From: the human T2T-CHM13v2.0 reference genome, Homo sapiens
DNA length: 64,000 nt
NCBI RefSeq assembly: GCF_009914755.1
Contig: NC_060931.1
Direction: 5' to 3' (one strand)
Part shown: one piece after another, positions 47,246 through 64,000 of the stretch
Numbering within the stretch: the first letter of the stretch is position 1
How the letters are laid out: each line of letters begins with the position of its first letter
Program-made: the position numbers and the translations under genes
Notes under the pieces: generated by a model
What the model saw: the letters and a program-made list of their open reading frames with translations, nothing else
Database searches by the model: none
What the model was told of the DNA's origin: nothing

Positions 47246-49329
47246 TTATTTCATATTTTCTAACAAAACTGTATTCCAATCTGATTGTTGTAGTGAAAAC
47301 AGCAGTAGTGAGTGTAGTGAAAAGTGCAAAAATTTCTGGCATGCAGTAGGTTCTCAATATCTCTTCATATATCAATGAATTAATACAAATTTCATTCTAG
47401 TCTCAGTTCTAAATGTTCCTGAGGAAATCATTTAACATTGGGAGGCCTCAATTTCTCTTCTGAAGAATAATGGGGTTGAGGTAACTATCAAGTCTAAAAA
47501 TGTTTGCGTAGTTCAATGTGTAGAAAGATTTTAAAAGAGAAAGAGCTGAGAGGATGGTAAGGGCTTACTTCTAGCAACCATTCTCTGCTTTGGAAAAGCA
47601 ACATTAGAATAGGAAAAATTATATAAGCACAACTTCTTAATTTTGAATATGTAATCAATTAATGTATGTATCTATAACTTCCACATTAATATACTTCTAG
47701 CTGCATTATTTATTTATTCTACATGTCTAAATCTGTCACTATGCTAGTTCCTGTGTGGAAGACATGGCTAAAGAGGTTTGGTTATAACTATCTGGTTTTA
47801 CATCCAGACTGTTAATTGGAGAATGAGGTTAAGGTTTGTAATCCCAAGTCTTGGTCTTTGGGCAGACTAAAATTCATCATTCTCCTGAGTCTTTCAGTAC
47901 AATGTTCACCCCTAAAGCTGACCTATATCGACTGACGCAGATTCTCTTAGAAATTTTAAACTTTGTTTCTGGGCCAGAGTCAAGCAAAAAAAAATAGTGA
48001 CCTTTTTATTGACAGTTAAATATCACTTTCTCTTAAAATGGAGATATTATCAATAAAACCTCTATCCAATAAAGTCTCACACATTTAAAGCAGCTTAGTA
48101 GCAGATTGACAATATTAGTTCATGAGCTGGTCAGATTACATTTAATTAAGAGATATTTTAAATCAAACATAATAGCATTTTCCTCTCATTCTATCAATGA
48201 ATTGAAGAAGATAATTTTATCTGGGAAAACTAATTGTTTTGAAAAACACTGCTCAATTTAGTAAAGTTGAAAAAATGTTTAGATACTTCGGCAGGAGAGA
48301 AGCATAAAGTCAGAACCAATTATGAGGAAGTAGAAAGACAACTGAGCCTGCAGTTCTGAAGGTTTGAATTAGCTTTGCTGCTTATGAGTTTTGAGGCTTT
48401 GGACAAGTTTTAAAACTACTTCAAGCATTATTTTCTCTTATAAAGGGAAATCATAATTCTAGCTCACAAGGATGTTGTAAGAGCTATACAGTGGAATAGC
48501 ATCATGTTTGCATCTATGTTACACAAATAATGTGCATTCTCCCATGAAATTAAAATACATAACTATATATCCTCTTTTATACAATTAATATTTTGAGAAA
48601 TAAAATTTGCAAACTATCCTTTGTTGCATACTATACTTTCTTTAGTCTGTAGATATTGTCTTCATACACATGCATATTTTAAAAGGTTGTTTGTATAAAA
48701 CTATGCATGATATTCTTTATGGGCTATGGGTAATTTTATCCATATGTGATTTTTACCTTATGAAATGGCTTCACAATACAATCCCCATGTAAGATGTAAC
48801 TCTGCTGCTTATGAAAGTGTTTTTGCAAACCTTAAAAATCATGCATGTGTAAGATGTTATTAATATTTTATTTTCATTTACAAGGAAAAGTGAAATATAA
48901 TAAAAAGGAAGACAGTAGGATGAAAAACAGAACCTTACATAAAGATTTTCTCATATTATGTTTCTTAATTGCCCATGGTTTTTTATTTAGCCTAAATAAA
49001 TAACATTGTAATTTAGAGTGTGCTATATTTTAGCCTCAGAAAAGTATATTTGTGTATGCAGAAAAATCTCTATTGGACATAAAACAATGCCTTAATTTTA
49101 ACACAATATTTTATCCTTAGTAGTCATACAAGTTGATTTTAAAATAATAAACTGAGTTTAAATCCATTGAATAAATAATTTTTGGATAATTGATGAGTAA
49201 CCAATTGAAGAATCTTCATAGTGACTCCATGGCTGCTGAAGTTTCACTAATAATTTTTAAAAACTTTATTTAACTGAAATTAATACATATATATCTGTTC
49301 TATAAAAATGTAAAGAGAACTTTAAGTTG

Positions 49330-49490
49330 TTATTAATCAAATATTAGAGCTTCAAAAACTTTGAAGGACAATTTTCATTCTGTTTTATAATTTAGATGTT
49401 GAAATCACAAATGGGTAAGTGATTTGTGTAAAGTTACACATCTACCACAGAGAAGATGGAACTCAAGGCTGGAAATTCAAAAGCCAGTCA
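49330..49490 (-). mobile_element. MIR
   Basis: 'ggtaagtgatttgtgtaaagttacacatcta...ggaactcaaggc'. Confidence 0.55.
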
Positions 49491-49680
49491 GAACAAAAGC
49501 AGGTCAGCAGAGCAAGGACAGCTGAAACAGCCTGCTCATGAACTGTATCCTTCCCAAACTCCTCAGAAACATCACAAATATTGATGCTCTTCAGCTTGTC
49601 CTGGAAGGCTTCCAGAGTAAATATATAAGGCCACAGGAAAATATAGGAGGTCATGAACACTACACTTCAGTGTATTTTAG

Positions 49681-50107
<427 letters not shown>

Positions 50108-50314
50108 TTCTTTGATTCTTTAATTTATGTCTCTCTGTGATCATATCTTAATCCCATTATCCCATTACAAACACTTGGCAAAAGACAATGCTATCAGAAT
50201 TTTGATCTGGGAGAATGCTCTTCCTGGCAAGGCAAATTCTAGGTATAGCTGTTCCCCTGAAGGGTTTCTGTGGCATGGCATCCTACAGGAACATGTGTAG
50301 GTGTTAAGTGAGAC

Positions 50315-50505
50315 AGGTTTCAAGTGGTGCCTCCAACACTTACTAGCTGCATTTATTCTCTGAACTGAGACACTCATTCTCTGAGTTTCTATTTCCTCAT
50401 CTGCAAAATGAAGATAATGTTGTACAGTAGATCTAATAATTCAATGAAGTATATAAAGTGCTTAGCATAAAGTAGGCACTCTATAAAAAGCAGCTCCTTA
50501 TTGTT
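50315..50505 (+). mobile_element. MIR
   Basis: 'cacttactagctg...tttcctcatctgcaaaatgaagataat...aagtgcttagca'. Confidence 0.7.
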
Positions 50506-53500
50506 ATCAAAAGTTTCTTATTTTCCTCAATCAAAGAGAAGAAATATCAACTTCAGAAAGAAGAGGAATAACCTTTCCATGGGAAAAAAAATTCCTCTTC
50601 GAATAGTTATGGTGATGAGCCTTGTTTCATAATTTTCTCAGCCTTTTTGACATCTTAAGCAGCACCTTTCCGATCACCATCTCTTAGTCAATAAACTCGT
50701 GTTTATTGACATGAGTGAGAATATGAACAAAGTCCAAAGAAACCATGTTATTGTTACTCTAGAAAGATCATTGCACTGAATTGTTTATCTTGTCATGTAT
50801 TTCCTTTTAAAAAGAAGTAAGAAAGACCTTTTTAAGGGGGAAAAAATTGTACTCTCTAGATACTTGATATGCAATCACAGTCCACTATCCTTGGGGGACT
50901 TTATCAGGTCTTATGCTCATTCAGATGCTTAGATGATTGTCTTTGTCCCTCACACCATCAAAGCCAAAACCTGACTGTATCATTTAGGCATCCAGCACGA
51001 CCCTAAGTAACGATAACTACGGATGGCCAGTAACATTAACCTTTTAAGTTAGCTCCCAAACAAGATCCAGTAGGAAGCAAGAAGTCATTCAACATTCAGA
51101 TCTAAAAGGGAAGCAATCCAACCCCCTGTGCCAGAAGCAGCACTTGTTTACTGAGACATTTCTAGTGGACCTGAAGACTGACTTCACAAAATAGAAACCA
51201 GCCAAGAGGACAGAATGTTTTTTTGCTGCTTGGAAGAAGTAGAAATAGTCCGAGCCTGGATGCTGTCATACCAATTTATCTTAATTTCCACATTACTCAA
51301 TTTATCTGTAGAAGAGGTAATGAGTGTTTTTTGTTTTCCTTTTTTCTTTTTTTTTTTTTTTTAGCAATAATGGGAAATATCATGAGTCAGATAGAAACAA
51401 CACTCTTCAAAAAGCTCCCCTGATCACACTTGCTGGATATAAATCTTTTTCCTTTCTCTGTGCTCTTGTATTAGTTTTTTTGTTTTGTTTTGTTTTTTTA
51501 ATCACAATTCCTTAAATAGGAGTGATTTGTATCTATGTCTTAATCTGGATTCTTTGAGAACAGGTGGCTGTCTTGTATATTTTTCTATCCTGCATAACAC
51601 CTAACATAGTTTTTACAGTAGATAATATGAAATGAGTGCATAAGAAGGTGGTGGTTTGGGTCTAATCAAAAGAATGGACATGGGATGAAAATAACAACAA
51701 CAAAAAAGTAGCCCAGAGTGACTTAACTTTGGCCTAAAGAATGGAATCATTAGAAGTCTGCAAACCATTTTTATTAGGTCAGTCTCAATTCTGCATGTCC
51801 CCTGGCAAGCATTTAATTTCTTTCACTTTTCCTTATACATATATTTTTTGCTCCTGTATCATCTTTACTTCTCATTTTTGTTTGCTTTATACGCTAGCTC
51901 TTTGAAGTTAAAAATTTAAGGGAAATTGAGCAATTGTTGCTTTCTTTAAATTAGATCATACTAGTAGAGTCAGCAAGTTTTTTTCTGAATTCTGCATAGA
52001 ATCTGTCTTCTTGTTAACCATTAGTTTTGATTAACAAAGGTAATGCTAATTGTACTTCCTTGTGGAGTCCTGGTTGACAATGCATGGTACATACAATTAA
52101 TCAAAAGCAAAATGAAAGCAAATTGTGGACAGGTTATTTTTTCCATAATAAGTAATATACATTGATAGATGATTTTTGTTAACAAGAAGTTCAAATTACT
52201 TCATGAATTTGATTTTCCCTTCCTTGTAAGCAGCTGGTAAGGATTAGTTTCCCTACGTTTGGAGAATTTGAGGCTCAAGATTGCGCAGGAGCAGTCAGAA
52301 CTCGGCCAAGCTTGCAGACTCCTAAGTTAATATAATCTGTCTCCGGAGTCATCTTTCTATAGAATTTTATTAAGTACCTTTGGTATAAATACAGACACTC
52401 ATCGACCACATGACAAATGTGATAGCAAGTTTGCAGTAGATTTATGGGGAAAACAGGGACTAAATGAACCCATGGCTCTGCTCTCTGCCTGCAAGGTCAG
52501 CTCATGTACTCTTTGGAAGAACCTAGAGGCCTCCTCCTCCCTTCCCCAACCTTTTGTCAGCTTGCCATGAGGAAGGCTACCAAAGGGGCTCTCAGTGAAA
52601 CTTTAAATCTTAATTCACTGAGGGGCTCAAAGTCCATTGACTCCTAAATAATTTTCTGCTCAAAATATAGAAAAGAGAGTATAATATATATTTTAGGGCA
52701 TAACAGGGAAGTAAGGATATGGTATTTTAAAAGAGCTGTATATCTTCTCTTTTGTTCTTAGGACAGTCATCTGAACTCCCTGGGAGGGGGGAGGGCAGTT
52801 ATAAACAAGATGAGTAGCTTAACAATGCACTTTCAAAAGAGAATATTGTTCCCCAGAAATATTCCAGAAATATCTGAAACAGCATTATGTCCCTGAAGAA
52901 GAGCAATGCCTGCTTTCATAATTTTCATTTGGTTATTAGGGTTTTTATTTTTTATTCCTTTTAAAATCAAGACCCTTTTCAGCAGAAATTGAAAATCACA
53001 GTTGTTTCCAGTTGGGGAAGAATGCCCACTGCTTTATCTGTTCCATTCATATATCTGCATAATTGGTTGATTCTGCAAGCTGTAATCTAATGATTCTTGT
53101 TTTGCTAGGAAACAATTTAATCTTAAACTATGTTTAGCTAGCCTCCCCCAGGACTGACATGCATCATTACCCTTCTCAGTCTTTGTGGACCATATGAAGA
53201 AACTGAAGAAAATTTATAGTGCCCTAGAGGTACTACTACCAAATGAAAGAATTGTCTTTAATTTTGAAAGCTAGCTAGAGTGTGATCTCTCTTGATTTCT
53301 GAAATAATACTCAGGTTTTAACACTGTGTTATTTTTGCTTAAGTCAATAAATGAAAAATGAAGTAACCTCAACCAATTTTGTGTTCCTGTAATAACAGGA
53401 TTGCTACGTCTTCTGCTGGCATTGCATAGGCAGTTTGTTAAGAAGGCTAACTCCCCAAGTTCTGCTGTCAGAAGAGGAGGTTATACAAGCACATAAACAA

Positions 53501-54702
53501 AGCTGTTCTGTCAGACAAAATACCAGTTAAGCTGTGTTTGCTATGGCATAAATAAATGTTCCCTTCAGATCCAGTCAATGTGAGAAAAACAAGGAAATTA
53601 CAAAGGGTAGTTTTAATGTTAAGAAGACAGGAGGTTAGCAGGCATGAAGAAAGTTTTAATTGTTTTACAAATGTTTCCAGTAAACCACCCTGAACAGCTG
53701 GGCCTCTATAAGCAGCACCAGGACATTCTGGAGGAGAGTATCTTAGACTTGGAACAAGAGAAGCAAGCTCCACAGTCCTCTAAAACTGTATTTAGAGAAA
53801 TTGCCAGAATAATGCTGACTCTACCAATGCACACAGCTTTTCTTCTTTTTCCCAGCAGGCGAATTTATGCAAGCAAGATATTGCTTTGAAAACAAGCCAT
53901 TTCTTTTTAAAATGACATTTTGACTAAACACAGAGCCATAAGGAAGCCTTCAATACAAAAGGTGATATAATCTTCCTAAGACTCTAGAAGCAAGACTGAC
54001 AGAAGTAGAAAATCCATAAATCCTGTGCTTTTTAAACCTTGCTCTATAAACTATAATCATATTAGTATAGCACTGAATTAAGGAAGGCATTTCTTTTCTC
54101 TCTCTCTGAATAATATAAATATTTTATGTAATATCTCTCTGATTTGTCTTTTCTAGAAGAGGGTCTTTGATACTGACATGAAGGCCTTAGATTCAGCTAT
54201 TTTCTCCATTTGGTCTCTAAATTACCTTCATACATATGTAGAAAGTCATGCTTCTATCTATACAAGTATTTATTATTTATGTTTCTATGCATGTGCTTAT
54301 ATCTTGGTTTATTGCATAAAGACTTTAGGTGCTAACAGTAAATACATGTAATAAATTTGCAAAGCAAACACACACAACAAAACAATAGGACAGGGAAAAT
54401 CTAAATTAGCATAGGAGATGTAAATGGGCTAGGGAAAAGTGTCAGAGAGAATATATTATGCCTAAGAAAGTTGTAAATTTCTATTTAGTTCCCAGAGCTG
54501 AGCAACGCACTTAGTTCTGAACTTTACCACTGACAAAGTAACAATAAAAACAGAGCATTAAATTGTTTTCATTATATATGAATGTCACAAAAAAGGCATA
54601 GAAAATCCTTAGGAGAATCACAGCTTCTATTTAACAGTTAGCTCCTATTCTCTCACAGGTCTTTGTATTGGGGACACTAGTGACTGTAGAGGACAATGTC
54701 CT

Positions 54703-54843
54703 GGCCAGGTGTGGTGGTTCACACCTATAATCCCAGCATTTTGAGAGGGCATGGCGGGAGGATCGGTTGAGTCCAGAAGTTTAAGAACAGCCTGGCAACA
54801 TAAGGAGACCTCGTCTTGACAAAGAATAAAAATAAATAAAAAA
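54703..54843 (+). mobile_element. FLAM (free left Alu monomer)
   Basis: Single monomer with A-rich tail. Perfect TSD aggacaatgtcct (54690-54702 / 54844-54856). Confidence 0.9.
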
Positions 54844-55823
54844 AGGACAATGTCCTCGGGAACATCACCACAACAAATACACATCTAGCAGTGTGTTCTG
54901 AGGAAAGGCAAGAGCATTATCTCTCATTTCAATCCAGGAGAAACAGTTCTTCACACGTTCATGGGGAAGAGTTCTGATGGGCAGCTTGATGTAAGGATAA
55001 AACACACTATGCCTGTATGTAAATATATGGACTGCATGCACATATGTGTAGATAATTCTAGTTTTGAAAGTGATCTTACAGAAAACATTAGTGACGACCT
55101 ACTGAGCAGTTACTCTGGACCAGGCATTTTATTTACATACATCATTCCATTTATTTGTCCTAAGACTTTAAAATAATTATCTTTACTTTTCTCTTCTGTA
55201 TTTTATAAAATGAGGACACAGAACTGAGAATTTAATATACCTGTCATAGATGTGTATAAATATATATATATGTATGAAAACATTAAAATAAAAAGTAAAA
55301 AATCCACCAATTGAACTGAAAGATTTGAACACATTTCTCTCAATAAATGATAGATCAAACAGACACAAATCAGTACAAATAAAGAAAATTTGAATGAAAC
55401 AATCAAATTGCTCAGTCTACTGCAAATTTCCCAAACTTCTCTGATGGCCTAATACCAGACCTACTGAGTGAGACTCTCCAGGAAAGAGACCCAGAAAGCT
55501 GTATTCCTCAGGTGATTATCATAGAGGAGGTTTAGTAAACACTAATCTAATGAAAACATAAAAAACTCTGGACCCAGTTCAAGTTACAAGGAACATTTAC
55601 CAAAACTTCGAAACATTTACCAAAACATAACAATGCTTTAGGCCATATAGCAAGTCAGAGTAAACTCCAAAGAGTTCATTTTGCACAGAATTCCATCTCT
55701 GACCCAAACTAGATTAAGTTAGGAAATAAATTTAAATTTTACATTCATGCATACATGTGCAGGACAAAAAATGGAAATTAAAAAAATATATATTTTACTA
55801 ACTCCTGGTTTAAGAAAACATTA

Positions 55824-59456
<3,633 letters not shown>

Positions 59457-60172
59457 TTAGAGAGGTAGGTCAGTGGTATGTATGAGGACTTTTATGATTT
59501 AAATGCTTTATCATAAAAGAAGAAAGTGAAAATTAATAAGCTTGTTTTTGAAGAGATAAAAAAACAGACAACTCTCTGGGAAGTTTAATCAATAAAACAA
59601 GAGATAAGATTCACAGGAATCCTTAAAACAATGAAAAATTACAGATACCACATAAATAAAAGAAAAAAACATGCTCTGATGCCAAAAATTTTGAAAACTT
59701 TCAAGAAATGGATATTTTCATAGGGTAACAAAATTTATCAAAATTGACTCAAGATGAAATAGAAAATGTATCTTTGTAACTATCAAAGTCATTAAATAAG
59801 TGTTTTTAAAAATGTTTCCAGAAGGAAGATATCATGCATATGTGTTTTTAGAGATAAATTCTTCCAGACATAATTCTAAATTTGGCATAGAAGAAGTGAG
59901 AACATTGTACAACTCATCTTATGAAGCTAAATGACTTTGATGACCAAATCAGAAACAGGCACGATATGAAAACGCAGTTAGGTGTCAGTCTTACTTATGA
60001 ATATTGATACACTGACTTTTTGACAACCAAGTTACGTTTACTTATTTTATTTTCTTAATAGTATAATTAGTTTATTAATGATATAATGTATTTTATTAGT
60101 GGTACAATATAATTCAAGTTATTGTTAAAAGCATAGAATTGTTATATTTTTCTGGTGAATTAAAACTTCGAA

Positions 60173-60537
<365 letters not shown>

Positions 60538-61623
60538 TTATATTTCTGTATTATAAATTAATGGCATCAATTTTCTTTTAATGAGCACTTTTCAGATATA
60601 TCTTTCTTCCATTCTTTCCAACTTTTCTGTGCCTTTTTGTTTTACATATTACTCTTACATGCAGCATCAGTTTTTTCCCTCTGCTGATTTGGATGTTCCT
60701 CATGCTCTATTTGTTCTTAGTCAAATCCTTGAAATTTTACTGCGCTTACTTCACAAGACTTAAGTTAATAATTACATTTATCTTCCTCTTGAATAGCTCC
60801 AGGACCTATTTAACGCTATCCACCACATACACTACCTTTTAGGTTTCATGCTATTTTGTTCATTATTTTATAGTTCTTTGCAATGCTTAATTGTTTTATT
60901 CTCCAAATCAATAGTTATTATTGCTGTGTTCAGTGTTTATTTAGATTTATTCTCATCCTCAATGCTTTCTTGATTCACTAATTCTTTTTGCAACTCAGAT
61001 CTTTTTCTGGGAAAAAAATATATCTTTCTAAAATTCATCCTTTAGATTTTCTTTTACTGAGAATCTGTTGGTACTAAACTCAGTTTTTGTTCATCTGAAA
61101 ATTTCTTTTTTTACTCTCCTTTTTGAGTGTTTGTTTTGAGTATACAAATGTAAATTGACAGTTATTTTCTCTCAGCAGATTGGTGCTACTAATTCCCCTG
61201 TTTTCTGCCTTTCATTTTTGCTCTTGAGAAAGCAACCATTAGACTAAATATAGTTTATTTTTAGCTAGCCTATCTTTTCTCTCTGGCTGCTTTTAGGATC
61301 TTTTATTTTCTCTTTGGATTTCACTGCAATGTTTTAATATTGAATTTAAAAAATTTATTCTGTTTTGAATTCGTTAGGTTTACTCAATCTAAAGATAGAT
61401 GTATTTTCAATTCTGGAAAGGGCTCAGTAATTATCTTTTAAAATAACATCTCTTCCCCTTTCTTTTAATTCTCTCCTTCTGGATCTCCAATGGGACATAT
61501 TTTAGGCATGTATTCTCTGTGTCTCAAGTTCTCCTTCATAGCTTTTATCTCTTTTTCTGTCTGTGCTGCATTCTGGAAAAATTTTTGGAATCTATTTTCC
61601 AATTTGTAATTCACATTCTTTCT

Positions 61624-61720
61624 CCCTTCCTTCCTTCCTTCCTTCCTTCCTTCCTTCCTTCCTTCCTTCCTTCCTTCCTTCCTTCCTCCCTCCCTTCTCT
61701 CTTTCTCTCTTTCTTCTTTC
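61624..61720. repeat. (TTCC)n / CT-rich microsatellite (Alu tail-derived)
   Basis: About 15 perfect TTCC units. This is the source of the PSFL/GRKE repeat ORFs. Confidence 0.95.
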
Positions 61721-62002
61721 TGCCAAGGTCTCTCTCTCTCACCCAGGCTGGCATGCAATTGTTCAATCTCGGCTCTCTGCAACCTCTGCCTTCCAGGTTC
61801 AAGTGGTTCTCCTGCCTCAGCCTCCTAAGTAGCTGGATTACACGTGTGCACCATCACATGAGGCTAATTTTTGTATTTTTGGTAGAGATGGGGTTTTACC
61901 ATGTTGGCCGGGCTGGTGTCGAAGTCCTGACCTCACGTGATTCGCCTGCGTCGGCCTCCGAAAGTGCTGGGATTACAGGCGTGAGCCACCGAGGGCCTGG
62001 CC
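61700..62002 (-). mobile_element. AluS
   Basis: Antisense dimer ending 'gggcctggcc'. Confidence 0.9.
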
Positions 62003-62983
62003 GTTTTTCATTTTCTACTAAGTCTGATTTGCTGCTTAATTGTCCAAGTTTTAAAATTTCTATGATTTTATTTTTCATTTCAAAAAGTTCTATTTGACTT
62101 TTTTTAAAAAACGGCTGTTTCCTAAAAAAAATCTTTTGCTTATTACTCATGGTTTAAATTCTCTGTTATATGTCTTAAGCATATTAAACATGCGTATTTT
62201 ATGTGCTTTGTGTATTAGCTTCCATAAATGTCTAGTTCTGATGTTTGTTCTTTATTTTTTTTTCTGATTCTTAGTATGGTGCTATTACCTGGTATGGTTT
62301 GGAATTTTTTAATTATGACTTTAATTCATTGTAATTTACATATGGGAATATTTTGAGGTCTGGATCTAGGAGGCATTCTCCCAGAAAGGATTTGCCTTTA
62401 TATCTACTGGGCACGTGGAGGCCCTGCAAACTCTGGTATACTTTGTTACAACTAATGACTTCAGATTGTAGAAGACACATAGTGCAATATCAGGCCCCAA
62501 GCGCTCTACGTTCTGGCCCTTAGCTATGAATTCTCAAGGGAGATGTTTTCCCTTTCTCCAAAGCCAAGGCAGACAAGTTGCCAAGGCAGACAAGTTTCAA
62601 AGGGCTGATTTTGTTTGTGGTTTCTGCTTCCTAACTCACCCTTTCCTGGAGGACAGAGTCCTTCCTGAGTCTCTGCTGTAAAGGGTAGACCTCCACCATG
62701 AACCCCCTCGCCTCTGGGCCCTGTGCCTAACTACTAATCCCAAGAGGCAGCCGTCCTCCTCCCGAGGGCTGCATGGACTCAGTGCTCTCTTACTTCCCTT
62801 GTATGCCTTTGCTTCACATTCCTGCCTCAGAGGTGTTTTCTTACTTTCTTGGAAATTCACACATGACTTTTAAAGGATGTTTAGAAAATATTTTAAACAG
62901 CATTTCAGTGTTTTGTACTGGCAGGATTTCAAGATCTCTAATCCATCCTACTGTTGAAAATAGAAGCCCAGGTACATTTTCTT

Positions 62984-63532
<549 letters not shown>

Positions 63533-64000
63533 CAGGTACATTTTCTTAATGGTACCTTATGGGGAAGTTTTCAACTCTGGGCTTGACAAATATAGGAAGA
63601 TTGATTAACTATAAAGTGTTTTCTAAATGTTTAGCTTAAATATAAGCATATGTACAAACAATTACAAAATGTACAGATAAAGCTACAAAATAATCAATCC
63701 CACAGGGAACTCTTAGCCGGAAGTGGCTAAAAGATTCTTTAGTCGTCATCCTGATCCTATAGTCCCCATTGAGCTTTCTCTTTTAATAATGCTGGTCGAT
63801 ACAAGTGGACTCGATTTATTAAAAGAGATTTCAGTTGCTGAGAACTGGCAGTCTTTATGTCTGTACAGGATCTGATTTTGGTCTCCATTGATTGTCGGCC
63901 AAAGTTCTGGCTGTTCTGCTGCTCTTGTTTCTTCACATATTGTGCATGTGCTCAAAGGGTATAAACTTGCAGCTGCCTCACCCTAATGATTCCATTTACT

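Noticed and set aside
61465-62097. ORFs of 192 and 105 aa with PSFL/GRKE repeats
   Set aside because: They are translations of the (TTCC)n microsatellite plus Alu.
62563-62596. Short tandem duplications (also 9962-9978, 18587-18616, 55592-55626, 4914-4960)
   Set aside because: Ordinary slippage duplications of 8-24 bp with no sign of function.
63746-63955. 69-aa minus-strand ORF as terminal coding exon or pseudogene
   Set aside because: No recognisable homology, an upstream in-frame stop, and no clear splice acceptor. It is kept only as part of the non-coding finding.

Overview
This window is primate (catarrhine, probably human or great ape) nuclear DNA. It is AT-rich, CpG-poor and largely transposon-derived, and looks intergenic or deep-intronic. 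I can support no host protein-coding exon, RNA gene or CRISPR array. Essentially all ORFs in the track are L1 ORF1/ORF2 remnants, Alu read-through or chance ORFs. Main content: a near full-length L1PB1-type LINE (8.8-16.2 kb) carrying two nested younger L1PA insertions; a twin-primed L1PA (55.9-59.5 kb); 14 Alu/FLAM elements, most with readable TSDs; MaLR/ERVL LTR elements including a deleted LTR16-type provirus; and many old L1M/L2/MIR/hAT fragments. The most unusual observations are: (i) an apparent splice-junction deletion in the L1PB 5'UTR; (ii) a 330-bp local duplication with one-sided CpG retention and a templated junction filler; (iii) interleaved perfect inverted repeats at a rearranged ERVL; (iv) a CpG-retaining, hairpin-rich unique segment at the right edge; and (v) motif-dense enhancer candidates. 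Subfamily names come from recalled consensus features and need RepeatMasker/Dfam confirmation. I see no convincing evidence of a wholly new biological system.
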